Source: Deferribacterales bacterium
Lineage (GTDB): Bacteria; Chrysiogenota; Deferribacteres; Deferribacterales; Geovibrionaceae
Length of the DNA: 64,000 nucleotides
NCBI GenBank assembly: GCA_050251945.1
Contig: JBFWLW010000009.1
Span: 1 to 64,000 of the forward strand
Reading direction: 5' to 3'
In this document: in pieces, positions 8,774 to 18,271 of the stretch
Position numbering within the stretch: the first letter of the stretch is position 1
How the letters are laid out: each line of letters begins with the position of its first letter
Program-made: the position numbers and the translations under genes
Notes under the pieces: generated by a model
What the model saw: only the letters and a program-made list of their open reading frames with translations
The model's database searches: none
Told to the model about the DNA's origin: nothing

Positions 8774-9984
8774 TGGCCGGACATCAAGACGAATATCAGG
8801 TACATAGGGCGAAGATCCTTACTCCTGCCTTTTATGTGCTTCTTTTCTTTACAGTTCTCGGCTTCCTGCTCATCGCATACAGATTTGTGATGGGTATCGG
8901 AGCGGTTTCAAACCTTTCAGACGGCTACCCGTGGGGTATCTGGATTGCTTATGACGTTGCGACCAGCACGGCTTTCGCGTGCGGCGGCTATGCCATGGCG
9001 CTTGTCATTTACATCATGAACAGGATGAAATATCACCCGCTTATCCGTTCGGCTCTGGTTACAAGTATGTTCGGTTACATGCTTGCCGGTATGTCCGTTA
9101 TGGTTGACGTCGGGCGTTACTGGAACGCGTACAGCTTCTTCATCCCTTCGCGCTGGCAGCCGAACTCGGTAATGTTTGAAGTTGCGGTCTGTATCATGGC
9201 ATACAACGTGGTTCTTATCATCGAAGTTCTGCCTGCGATACTTGAGCGCTTCATACATATGAAGAACGACAAGTTCCCCAAACTGAAACATTACGCTATG
9301 ATCATCTACCCCAAACTTGACAAGGTGCTGATCTTCATAGTTGTTCTCGGTATCACCCTGCCCTCTATGCACCAGTCTTCACTCGGTTCGATGCTCATCA
9401 TCGCCAAGTCTAAACTGAACCCCATATGGCACACAGAGATGCTTCCTCTGCTGTTCATCATCAACGCCCTTTACATAGGCTATTCAACAGTAATCTTTGA
9501 ATCCTTCGCTTCCTCGATGGCATTCAGAAGACCTTTTGAAAAAGAAGTACAGCAGCTTTCAAAAATAATTCCTTATGTAACAGGCATATGGCTGGCAGTT
9601 CGTTTCATCGACCTGTACGTAAGGGGTCAGCTCAGCTCAGCATTCGCCGGCGACTTCTATTCATGGATGTTCATGGCCGAAATGCTCCTGATACTCACAG
9701 GTACATACATACTGATGTGGAATCAGTACAGAAGATCCCCCAGAATGGTTTTCATCGCTGCGATGTTCCTTCTGATAGGCGGCGGCTGGTTCCGTTTCAA
9801 CGTTTACCTTATCGGATTCAAGCCTCACGGCAACTGGAGCTATTTCCCTTCACTGCCTGAGTTCTTTATCACCGTAGGTCTCGTTGCATTTGAGATACTC
9901 GGATACATGATACTCGTAAAACTGTTCCCCATCATGCCCAAACTGCACGGACAGCATGGCGCGGAAGCAGCGAAGGCTCATTAA
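8773..9984 (+). CDS. hybB: hydrogenase-2 NrfD-family membrane subunit
   Basis: NLSDGYPWGIWIAYDV, MHQSSLG; polytopic membrane protein. Confidence 0.92.
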   Translation: MAGHQDEYQVHRAKILTPAFYVLLFFTVLGFLLIAYRFVMGIGAVSNLSDGYPWGIWIAYDVATSTAFACGGYAMALVIYIMNRMKYHPLIRSALVTSMFGYMLAGMSVMVDVGRYWNAYSFFIPSRWQPNSVMFEVAVCIMAYNVVLIIEVLPAILERFIHMKNDKFPKLKHYAMIIYPKLDKVLIFIVVLGITLPSMHQSSLGSMLIIAKSKLNPIWHTEMLPLLFIINALYIGYSTVIFESFASSMAFRRPFEKEVQQLSKIIPYVTGIWLAVRFIDLYVRGQLSSAFAGDFYSWMFMAEMLLILTGTYILMWNQYRRSPRMVFIAAMFLLIGGGWFRFNVYLIGFKPHGNWSYFPSLPEFFITVGLVAFEILGYMILVKLFPIMPKLHGQHGAEAAKAH

Positions 9985-10004
9985 TTTTTTAGGAGAAAAC
10001 GAAG

Positions 10005-11687
10005 ATGTCCAATAGAATCACAATTGACCCTATCACACGAATTGAAGGACACCTCCGCATTGACTTTGAAGTGGAGGGAGGCAAGGTTTCCAAAGCATGG
10101 TCTTCCGCACAAATGTGGAGAGGTATCGAAAAAATCCTTCAGGGACGCGACCCCAGAGATGCGTGGGTTTTCGCACAGAGATTTTGCGGCGTTTGCACAA
10201 CAGTACACGCCATCAGCTCCATCCGTTCACTTGAAAACGCACTGAACGTCGACGTTCCGCTTAACGCTCAGCTCGTGCGTAACATTATCATCGCACAGCA
10301 CTCCGTTCAGGATCACATAGTTCACTTCTATCACCTGTCAGCACTTGACTGGGTTGATATTGTTTCCGCTCTTTCCGCCGACCCCAAAAAGACGGCACAG
10401 CTTGCACAGTCTATTTCAAACTGGCCCGGAAACAGCGAAACTGAATTCAGAGCCGTTAAAGAAAAACTGACTGCATTCGTACAGACAGGCAGACTCGGTA
10501 TCTTCGGCTCAGGATACTGGGGACACCCCGCAATGAAACTTCCGCCCGAAGCAAACCTTATGGCTGCCGCACACTATCTGAAAGCACTTGACTATCAGAA
10601 AAAAGCTGCCGCTGCAGTCGCTATTCTCGGCGGAAAGAACCCCCACATACAGAACCTCTGCCTCGGCGGTGTTGCCACGGCTATCAACATGGATAACGAA
10701 GCCGCTATCAACATGGAGCGTATCGCACTGCTCAGAAGCCTTATGACAGAAACAAGAGACTTCGTTAAAGAAGTTCTTTTCAACGACGTTGTGGCTATCG
10801 GTTCAATGTACAAAGACTGGTTCACATACGGACGCGGTGTGGATAACTATCTCGCAGTTCCCGAGTTCCCCCTTGACACCAAAATGACCAAATTTGACAT
10901 GTCAGGCGGTATCATCCACGGAGGAGACCTTAAAAACTTCCGCAAACTTACCAATCATACTGACGAAGCGCTCATCAAAGGCATCACTGAATCCACTGCT
11001 CACGCATGGTACAGAGACGACAAACCGAAACACCCCTTTGAAGGCGTTACAGAACCCGAATACACAGATTTCAACCCCGACGGCAAATACACATGGTGCA
11101 AGGCGCCCAGACTTGACGGCAGACCCGTTCAGGTCGGGCCGGTTGCGCAGATTCTCGCTTCCTATGCAGCAGGCGACAAAGAGGTTAAAGCCCTTGTCGA
11201 CAGCGTATGCAGCAGACTGGGCATCAGCGTTAACGCTCTTCAGTCCACTATGGGCCGCCACGTTACACGTGCAATCCGCTCCGTCATCATGGCAGAGAAA
11301 TCACTTAAATATCTCGATATGCTTATCGAAAACTACGCCAAAGGCGACACAGTGTACGCAAACCACACTGAAATGCCCAAAGGCGAATACCAAGGCGTTG
11401 GTTTCCACGAAGCACCCAGAGGCACACTGTCACACTGGATGGTTATCGAGGATAAAAAACTTAAAAACTATCAGGCTGTTGTTCCCTCAACATGGAACGC
11501 AGGGCCCAGAGACGAAAACGGCGCTGCCGGTCCTTATGAAGCAAGTATCAAAGGAAACCCCGTTGCAGACGCACACAAACCTCTGGAAGTTATCAGAACC
11601 GTTCACTCTTTCGACCCCTGTATAGCTTGCGCTGTGCACTCTATCGACCCCGAGGGCAAAGAGATCACAAACGTGAGGGTTAGATAA
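10005..11687 (+). CDS. hybC: [NiFe]-hydrogenase large subunit (group 1, Hyb-type)
   Basis: RIEGH, L1 motif QRFCGVC, L2 motif DPCIACAVH followed by a cleavable C-terminal tail. Confidence 0.95.
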   Translation: MSNRITIDPITRIEGHLRIDFEVEGGKVSKAWSSAQMWRGIEKILQGRDPRDAWVFAQRFCGVCTTVHAISSIRSLENALNVDVPLNAQLVRNIIIAQHSVQDHIVHFYHLSALDWVDIVSALSADPKKTAQLAQSISNWPGNSETEFRAVKEKLTAFVQTGRLGIFGSGYWGHPAMKLPPEANLMAAAHYLKALDYQKKAAAAVAILGGKNPHIQNLCLGGVATAINMDNEAAINMERIALLRSLMTETRDFVKEVLFNDVVAIGSMYKDWFTYGRGVDNYLAVPEFPLDTKMTKFDMSGGIIHGGDLKNFRKLTNHTDEALIKGITESTAHAWYRDDKPKHPFEGVTEPEYTDFNPDGKYTWCKAPRLDGRPVQVGPVAQILASYAAGDKEVKALVDSVCSRLGISVNALQSTMGRHVTRAIRSVIMAEKSLKYLDMLIENYAKGDTVYANHTEMPKGEYQGVGFHEAPRGTLSHWMVIEDKKLKNYQAVVPSTWNAGPRDENGAAGPYEASIKGNPVADAHKPLEVIRTVHSFDPCIACAVHSIDPEGKEITNVRVR

Positions 11688-11688
11688 T

Positions 11689-12177
11689 ATGCAGGTGGTG
11701 GTCTTCGGAGCAGGAAATATGCTCCTCAGCGACGAAGGGCTTGGCGTTCACCTTGTAAAAAGGATGAATGAGAAATATGAACCTTCAGATGATGTCGAGT
11801 TCTATGACGGCGGGACTATGGGTATTCTTGCCACCCATAAACTTGAGGAGACCGCCCACGTCATTATCGTAGACAGCCTCGACGCAAAGGGTGTTCCCGG
11901 TGAACTGAGGGTCTACAAAAAAGAAGATATCATGCTGGAAAAAATTCCCGCAAAGATGTCTCCTCACCAGATAGGACTTCAGGAAGTGCTTACCCTCAGC
12001 GAGCTGAGAGAAAAAGCCCCCGAAACGATAACATTTTACGGTGTTATCCCCGCAAGCCTCGACAGCTCGGTGGAACTAAGCCCCGAAGTTGAGCAGAGAC
12101 TTGACGAAATAGAAGCTCTTATCATTGACGAACTTAAAAGGATGGATATTGTTCTGTCGCCCGTTATAGCGGCATAA
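11689..12177 (+). CDS. hybD: hydrogenase maturation endopeptidase
   Basis: GNMLLSDEGLG, DGGT, SPHQ motifs. Confidence 0.93.
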   Translation: MQVVVFGAGNMLLSDEGLGVHLVKRMNEKYEPSDDVEFYDGGTMGILATHKLEETAHVIIVDSLDAKGVPGELRVYKKEDIMLEKIPAKMSPHQIGLQEVLTLSELREKAPETITFYGVIPASLDSSVELSPEVEQRLDEIEALIIDELKRMDIVLSPVIAA

Positions 12178-12195
12178 TTTCCCATACCTCTTCTT

Positions 12196-12230
12196 AAAGC
12201 GGCAGAGATAACCCCCCTCTGCCGCTTTTT
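12196..12230 (+). terminator. intrinsic terminator of the hyb operon
   Basis: AAAGCGGCAGAG-loop-CTCTGCCGCTTTTT. Confidence 0.85.
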
Positions 12231-12231
12231 A

Positions 12232-12355
12232 TTTTTCAGGTTATTTACTTCGTTCTGCAGCGTCAGATTTCGCTCACCCGCATCACATACATATTTGTAT
12301 GCTCACGCCCGACTCACTCAATCTTCCTTGCACAACTCGCATCTAACCTGAAAAA
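12232..12355. repeat. palindromic repeat family 2, copy 1
   Basis: Outer inverted repeat TTTTTCAGGTTA/TAACCTGAAAAA. Shares CGTTCTGCnnCGTCAG and CTTCCTTGCAnAACTCGCATCTAA with 18111-18231. Confidence 0.7.
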
Positions 12356-12370
12356 ATAATTATTTCTTTC

Positions 12371-12398
12371 GTCTCTGCGAGCGCACGCGAAGCAGTCT
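12371..12398. repeat. single REP-like palindrome
   Basis: GTCTCTGCGAG...CGAAGCAGTCT, the same unit found inside the MITEs and at 32464. Confidence 0.7.
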
Positions 12399-12457
12399 CA
12401 TACTTATTCTTTGTCTTTTCAACTCTTTTCCTGTATATTCCCACATCAGAAAAAGGA

Positions 12458-13660
12458 GTGAACATGCCGCCAATAGCACCCTCAGTGTCGGTTCAGGTGA
12501 CGCCTGCCGCAGAAAAAAGCATAAAGAAAGGACACCCGTGGGTATACGCAGACGCAGTGGCTAAAATCAGCCGCGAGGCAAACACAGGCGACATAGCGGC
12601 AATATTCAGTTCAAAAAGGGATTTCATAGGTCTCGGACTTTATGATCCGACATCCCCCATAAGAATCCGCGTACTCACAACCAAGCCCAAAACCACAATA
12701 GATAATGAATGGCTGAAAGCCGCCATACAATATTCAATTTCTGTCAGACAGTCTCTTATAAACGATAAATCCACCGACGGGTTCCGTCTTCTCCACGGAG
12801 AAAACGACGGCATCCCCGGACTGGTGGCGGATATTTACCGTCATGTGCTGGTGATAAAACTGGATACATCGGCGTGGATTCCCCATCTGGAGCTTATCTG
12901 CAAAATATTTGAAGAGCTGGTCAGCCCGCAGACAATGGTTTTGCGTCTGTCCAGAACAGTCGCACCCCAAGGGTCATATTCCGACGGATGCATTCTTTAC
13001 GGCGAACCTGTCAAAGGGGCGGTTGTTTTTTCCGAAAACGGGATACTCTTTGAAGCCGACCCTGTGAACGGACAGAAGACCGGATTCTTTCTTGACCAGC
13101 GGGAAAACAGAGCCAGAGCCGGCAGGCTGGCAAAAGGCAGGGACGTACTGAATATATTCGCCTACAACGGCGGATTTTCGCTCTACGCGGCAAAAGGCGG
13201 CGCAAGGTCTGTCATAAGCCTTGATATAGCTCCGCAGGCGCTTGAGGCGTCAAAACGCAACTTTGCACTGAACCCCGACCTCAAATGTCCTCATGAGACA
13301 CTCTGCGCGGACGCTTTCGCGGCGATGAAGGAGCTTGCCGACAAGGGCAGAAAGTTCGGTATGGTGATAGTCGATCCGCCCTCTTTCGCGCGCAAACAGG
13401 CGGACATACCAAACGCACTGGCAGCTTATGAAAAACTCACAAAACTGGCTGTAAACCTGACTGCGAAGGACGGTATACTCATCTGCGCGTCATGTTCCGC
13501 GAGGGTCAGCGCCGATGATTTTTTCACAACCGTGCTGAAAACTGCCAAACGTTCAGAACGGAAATTTATTGAAATTGAAAGAACACTGAACGCTCCTGAC
13601 CACCCAGTTGGATTTGCCGAGGGCGCGTATCTGAAATGTATTTATATGAAAGTCAGTTAA
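12458..13660 (+). CDS. RlmI-like class I SAM-dependent rRNA methyltransferase (PUA domain)
   Basis: GHPWVY, GQKTGFFLDQRENR, DPPSF motifs. Confidence 0.88.
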   Translation: MNMPPIAPSVSVQVTPAAEKSIKKGHPWVYADAVAKISREANTGDIAAIFSSKRDFIGLGLYDPTSPIRIRVLTTKPKTTIDNEWLKAAIQYSISVRQSLINDKSTDGFRLLHGENDGIPGLVADIYRHVLVIKLDTSAWIPHLELICKIFEELVSPQTMVLRLSRTVAPQGSYSDGCILYGEPVKGAVVFSENGILFEADPVNGQKTGFFLDQRENRARAGRLAKGRDVLNIFAYNGGFSLYAAKGGARSVISLDIAPQALEASKRNFALNPDLKCPHETLCADAFAAMKELADKGRKFGMVIVDPPSFARKQADIPNALAAYEKLTKLAVNLTAKDGILICASCSARVSADDFFTTVLKTAKRSERKFIEIERTLNAPDHPVGFAEGAYLKCIYMKVS

Positions 13661-13777
13661 GCATACATGCTATTCTGCGTATTTTTATCCATCCATGGAA
13701 AAAATACGTCAGCGCTCAAATAGGCAGAAGCCTCCTTTCGCTCACGCTATGTTCGTTTCACCTGCTAAAGCAGCCCG

Positions 13778-13958
13778 GACTGATGCCAAAGTCAGTAAAA
13801 TGCGGGATCGCGTCGTCGATTTATTCGATAAATAGTTTAAAGTGGACTCATTCAGCCTTCGGCTAGTGCTCCTCGCGAAGACAAAAAAACGTCTCTGCGA
13901 GGGTTTTAACCCGAAGCAGTCTAATGTGAGTCTGTGTAAATTTAGTTTGTCAACAACC
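13778..13958 (+). mobile_element. IS1182-like MITE, copy A (with internal insertion)
   Basis: Ends GACTGATGCCAAAG and GTTTGTCAACAACC; flanked by a repeated hairpin CTGCTAAAGCAG (13762-13773, 13963-13974). Confidence 0.8.
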
Positions 13959-14007
13959 TGAACTGCTAAAGCAGTCTCAACAAACTCCGCGAATCTCATC
14001 CTGAGAT

Positions 14008-14448
14008 TCAGTTAAGCATCACCTCTATGTCTTCGAGTGTCTGGGAGCCGTATTCCTCGTCGCTGACTTCGCCTTTGCTGTTGTAAATCTTCGTGAAAGG
14101 CACAGCGTCTATCTTCATAAGCTCTTTGTGCAGAGCAACCGATCCGGTGAAAAATTTAAAAGGGAACTTTTCCTCTTTGATGGTGGATTCGGCATATCTT
14201 TCGTCGGCTGGTTTTGTTATGCCGATAACCTGAATATTGTTCTTTTTTATAAATTCCGGACTGTTTCTGAGCAGGCGCATCTCACGCATACAGTGCGGAC
14301 ACCACGGCGCCCAGAACACGACAACCGTCTTTCCGTTAAAGGATTTTGACATTCTGACTATGTCGTCAGCTTCAATGGTTTTTAGAGGTGCGGCGAAAAG
14401 CTGAGCCGCAAGAAGTACCAGAAGGGTAATAAAAAATATTTTGCGCAT
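14008..14448 (-). CDS. TlpA-like thiol-disulfide oxidoreductase
   Basis: Signal peptide; FWAPWCPHC motif. Confidence 0.88.
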   Translation of the reverse strand: MRKIFFITLLVLLAAQLFAAPLKTIEADDIVRMSKSFNGKTVVVFWAPWCPHCMREMRLLRNSPEFIKKNNIQVIGITKPADERYAESTIKEEKFPFKFFTGSVALHKELMKIDAVPFTKIYNSKGEVSDEEYGSQTLEDIEVMLN

Positions 14449-14510
14449 ATTTCCCTCAACAATAAAATATACGCAAACATACCCCTGAGTAGGAATTAAA
14501 TCAATATAAA

Positions 14511-15512
14511 CTATTTTCTATATACTGAATATCCTACATACGCCAGTATCAGCACCCAGATCACGGCAATCGGCACAAGCACCTTAAGATAGAACGGCCA
14601 TTCGGAAAAGCCCATAAACGATTTCTTCTCATAAAGCCCTATGTCAAGCGAGCGCATCAGTTCGTATATGCTGATATAGCTGACGGGCATTATCCATCCG
14701 GCATAACTGCTGTCTTTAAGCAGCGGCGCATCGTGAGGGATATTCGTCATGATGTTCTGAATGTCCGTAACGACCTGTTCCGGCACATCCTTTCCAACCA
14801 TAAAAGCCCATTCGGGATAAAGTTTTGTGCTGTGCAGAAGCGGCAGTCCATCTGAAACGCTGTTCAGCACCTTCACATCTTTCAGATCAATTTTACCTTT
14901 CTTTGCCATGTTCTCAAGTATGCCTGAACGGACGCTCCCGACATCTGCCTTGCCTGAAAGGACATAATCCACAACCTTATCCTGTGTCCCCGTGAACACA
15001 ACACGGAAGTCCTTGCCCTCTTTCAGCCCCACGTCGCGCACTTCTTTCAGTCCCATCCAGTACGCTCCGAACCCTTCGGGGTCTATCCCTGCGAATATTT
15101 TTCCTTTTATGTCCTTAAATTTGTTTATATCGCTTCTGTCTGCGCGGGTGAAAACGGCAGAAGAAAAATACGAAACTGTCTTTCCGTTGTATTCTTTAAG
15201 CTCTGTCAGTATTATACGCGCGCCGTACCTCTCTTTCAGAATAACCGCTTCCGCGGGTTGTGTTATGACAAGATCAATCTGCCCTGTTTCCATAAGTTTG
15301 CGCATCTGCTCAAAGCCGAAAACAGGCATCAGATAAAAAGAGTATTTGTTTTGGTGCTGTTCGAGATATGCAAGAGTCGGCGACCACATCTGATAAGCTT
15401 CCTGAATACCATTGTATGCACGAACCCCGACAGTGTAGACTTTTTCCCTGTCAGCATGGGCTGAACCGCCAAAAAGCAATGCAAAAACAGCCAGAAGAAT
15501 CATTTTACGCAT
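14511..15512 (-). CDS. PhnD/phosphonate-binding-fold periplasmic protein with C-terminal TM anchor (TtrS sensor-domain-like)
   Basis: Signal peptide; FGAYWMG, ADVGSVRSG, STKLYPEWAF motifs; one C-terminal TM segment. Confidence 0.75.
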   Translation of the reverse strand: MRKMILLAVFALLFGGSAHADREKVYTVGVRAYNGIQEAYQMWSPTLAYLEQHQNKYSFYLMPVFGFEQMRKLMETGQIDLVITQPAEAVILKERYGARIILTELKEYNGKTVSYFSSAVFTRADRSDINKFKDIKGKIFAGIDPEGFGAYWMGLKEVRDVGLKEGKDFRVVFTGTQDKVVDYVLSGKADVGSVRSGILENMAKKGKIDLKDVKVLNSVSDGLPLLHSTKLYPEWAFMVGKDVPEQVVTDIQNIMTNIPHDAPLLKDSSYAGWIMPVSYISIYELMRSLDIGLYEKKSFMGFSEWPFYLKVLVPIAVIWVLILAYVGYSVYRK

Positions 15513-15524
15513 AAAATTCCTCGC

Positions 15525-17483
15525 CTAAGCAGTGAATTTCGGCAGCAGTACAGTAAGCATGGCACCATCTCTTGTGTTGGATGCGGTGATACTGCCTTTC
15601 ATATGGTTCTCAATAATGGCTCTGGTCATATACAGACCTATACCCGTACCTTCCTCGTTCTGTTTTGTGGTGAAATACGGCTCAAACATCCTTTCTATCA
15701 CGGCATTGTCTATTCCGCCGCCGTTATCTGATATGGAAAACGAGATACGGTCTCCATCCACCTCAAGTATTATATCAATTATACCCTCATTTATTTTTCC
15801 GGCGCGTATTTCTTTGAGGATAGCATCCTTTGAATTCTGTATTATGTTCAGAACCGCCTGCTTCAATTCACCCGGAAACCCGCTGACGATAGCAGTTTCA
15901 GCCATTTTTCCCGGATTTTCGCTGATACCTTCAGCATATACGAATATCTCGCTTCCGCTTCTGCATGTGTAGTTCAGTATTATACCATTATACTTCATCT
16001 GAGCGCTTATAAGCCTTATTACCTCTATCATACTGGTGATAATGGAAAATTGCTTTTCCGTCTTGTCCGAGCGGAAGAAGTTTCTGAAATCGTCTATTGT
16101 TGTAGACATATGCTGAAGCATCGTCATTATTTTTTCTTCAAAATCTGCCGCCTCTTCCACATCAAACCGCCCGTCGCGCTGACTTATCAGATAACTCTGA
16201 ACTGCAAGCCCTATGATGTTGAGCGGCTGGCGCCACTGGTGCGCAATGGCGTTAACCATTCGCCCCATGTCCACAAACTTCTGCTGCTCAAAGAGAAGCT
16301 GTTCGTTTTTCTGTCTTAGTCCGGTCTCAAGCTCCACCATGTTCTTAAGTCTGCCGTTGATATCCTGCAGTTCGTTCTCACGCTGTTTTATCCGCTTGAT
16401 AAGCTCGTTGTATGCTGACACAAGCTCACCTATATCATCACTCCTCTTTATGGGCAGAAACTGGTCATAATCCAGAGACTCGGCTTTGCGCACCGCGGTC
16501 TGAAGCTCTTTCAGAGGTTTTGTCACGGCTAGATTCAGCAAAAACAGACTGACAGGCACCACAAGCACCATAACAAAGAAAGATATCATTATGAATCCCA
16601 TAAGAATGCTCTGGCGGATATCGCGCACAGCATAATCGTGGGCGGAAAAACCGAAATCCACCGAAGTGTCGCCGTCTATAACCCATTTCTGGAAATATAT
16701 GTTCATTCCGTCCGCACGCTGCATGCGTTCTGCTGTAGTGAAGCTTTCAGGGAAAAGAGTGGTGTACTTATCATCAGGTCTTATTGTATCGTTAAAGACC
16801 GTCCAGCCGTTTATGTAATATGTGAAACCCATGCCGGTGGCGGCCTCAACCTGACGCACGAAGGTGCTGTCCAGAAAATCAGCGGACATAACAGTCATTC
16901 GGTTGCCGTTTCTGACAGCCTCCGCCGAATACTGAACCGTGAGTATGCCTGAAATATTGCTGAAACTGTAGCCTCTGCGTATGTGTTTTGAATTGGACAA
17001 AAAATCTTTTACGAACAACACGTTGCCAAAATCAAGAAGGATGTCGCCGTTTCTGATTATGACTGGTTTTCCGGTAGAATCAATATAACCGCCGTAATAA
17101 TCGCCGTTTTCCCTAAAGGCGAACACGCGAAGTTTCATCTGTCCGTCATAAACTGCAAGTGCGCCGACGTTGCCGAGATTCGCCATCTCAGAAAGTTTTG
17201 ACGCCTCTTTGAAAAGCCCCGTTTCCGAAGAAAAATCCATTATTCCGAAATAATCCGAACTTGATATCACATCGGTGTATTTGAGAAGATCCACCTGAAG
17301 ACTTTTGATCTTTTCGTTGAGAACGGCGAAAGAAGTTCTGAAAGAAGAGGCAGTGCGCCAGTTTATATTTGACACGGTCATAGTGTACAGAGTAACTGCA
17401 AAAACGGCACACATAAGCAGTATTGTGAGCATCACAAAAATGAAAAGTTTTGTTCTGACGCTCTTAATTTCAGGAATAATCAT
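15525..17483 (-). CDS. membrane sensor histidine kinase with HAMP domain
   Basis: Two TM segments, HAMP, H-box IAHQWRQPL, DNGGG, FEPYFTTK, GTGIGL. Confidence 0.92.
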   Translation of the reverse strand: MIIPEIKSVRTKLFIFVMLTILLMCAVFAVTLYTMTVSNINWRTASSFRTSFAVLNEKIKSLQVDLLKYTDVISSSDYFGIMDFSSETGLFKEASKLSEMANLGNVGALAVYDGQMKLRVFAFRENGDYYGGYIDSTGKPVIIRNGDILLDFGNVLFVKDFLSNSKHIRRGYSFSNISGILTVQYSAEAVRNGNRMTVMSADFLDSTFVRQVEAATGMGFTYYINGWTVFNDTIRPDDKYTTLFPESFTTAERMQRADGMNIYFQKWVIDGDTSVDFGFSAHDYAVRDIRQSILMGFIMISFFVMVLVVPVSLFLLNLAVTKPLKELQTAVRKAESLDYDQFLPIKRSDDIGELVSAYNELIKRIKQRENELQDINGRLKNMVELETGLRQKNEQLLFEQQKFVDMGRMVNAIAHQWRQPLNIIGLAVQSYLISQRDGRFDVEEAADFEEKIMTMLQHMSTTIDDFRNFFRSDKTEKQFSIITSMIEVIRLISAQMKYNGIILNYTCRSGSEIFVYAEGISENPGKMAETAIVSGFPGELKQAVLNIIQNSKDAILKEIRAGKINEGIIDIILEVDGDRISFSISDNGGGIDNAVIERMFEPYFTTKQNEEGTGIGLYMTRAIIENHMKGSITASNTRDGAMLTVLLPKFTA

Positions 17484-17729
17484 GCAGCTTTCTCCGGGCC
17501 AACCGCTTTTCAAAGCGGTACGGAAAGTAGTAAAAAAGCCAACGTTGTCTGTGTATGCTATAATTGAATCTTATATCATTTTGAGGATATTCACAATAGA
17601 TTTAGAAATAATTCCATCGGTAAATGAAATGCACGGAACTTTAATTAATCATTGATTCATAAAATACACTCAGAATTATAAAAAATATTCTTCAATAGCA
17701 ATAATATATATAATTATTACGATGCTTGC

Positions 17730-17786
17730 TGGCGAAAAACAGCCAACATAAAATCAACGAGGAGACTTATTGGCAGATTTTCGCCA
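17730..17786. promoter_or_regulatory. pair of palindromic enhancer (UAS) sites, TGGC-N8-GCCA
   Basis: TGGCGAAAAACAGCCA (17730-17745) and TGGCAGATTTTCGCCA (17771-17786), 41 bp apart and 100-155 bp upstream of the sigma54 promoter. A third copy lies at 19708. Confidence 0.7.
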
Positions 17787-17883
17787 CATAAATAACGGGA
17801 TAATAATACGCATTTACCGATAAATAAAAAAATATCCGTTACTTTCCAGACATTTACGAATGTAAAACAAAAATCTATCAATT

Positions 17884-17900
17884 TTGGCACATGCATTGCT
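17884..17900 (+). promoter_or_regulatory. sigma54 (-24/-12) promoter
   Basis: TTGGCACATGCATTGCT matches TGGCAC-N5-TTGCW, with GG at 17886-87 and GC at 17898-99. Confidence 0.8.
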
Positions 17901-17910
17901 CTAATAAACA

Positions 17911-18100
17911 CTGAAACGTACGCAATAGGTATCAGATTTAAACATGGGTTCGGCGTAAGCCGAGGGGGAGTGTCTTTTCGGCGGGCGGATTGCCCGCTGA
18001 CAGGACAGAAAGAAGCAAATAGCCACAAATAAATAGATGCATAGGCGGTATCAACCGCTTTTCGCCCTGCTGAGGTCTCCAATACCGGCAGGGCTTTTTT
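17911..18100 (+). ncRNA. candidate sigma54-dependent small regulatory RNA (~190 nt)
   Basis: Lies between the sigma54 promoter and a U-tailed terminator; three internal hairpins; no credible ORF. Confidence 0.65.
18064..18100 (+). terminator. intrinsic terminator of the candidate sRNA
   Basis: GCCCTGCTG...CGGCAGGGC followed by TTTTTT. Confidence 0.8.
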
Positions 18101-18110
18101 ATCTCCTCTC

Positions 18111-18231
18111 TTTGTGCTTATATGCTGCGTTCTGCTTCGTCAGTTTCCGCTCGCTCGCAACGTGTACATTCGAGTACACTTTTGCTCGTCTCACAGAAGC
18201 CTTCCTTGCATAACTCGCATCTAAACACAAA
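18111..18231. repeat. palindromic repeat family 2, copy 2
   Basis: Outer inverted repeat TTTGTGnTTA/TAAACACAAA; core shared with 12232-12355. Confidence 0.7.
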
Positions 18232-18271
18232 TTACTTATAAACTGTCAGAATCCCGCATAGTGGTTTTGTA

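Noticed and set aside
13636..13999. Short ORFs spanning MITE copy A (also 32500-32745 over the REP doublet)
   Set aside because: They translate repeat DNA and show no protein features.
17944..17958. Mini-ORF MGSA* inside the candidate sRNA
   Set aside because: Only four codons and no Shine-Dalgarno sequence; cannot be supported.
17717..18082. 121-aa minus-strand ORF across the sRNA locus
   Set aside because: TTG start, no recognisable motif, and antisense to a well-formed promoter-terminator unit.
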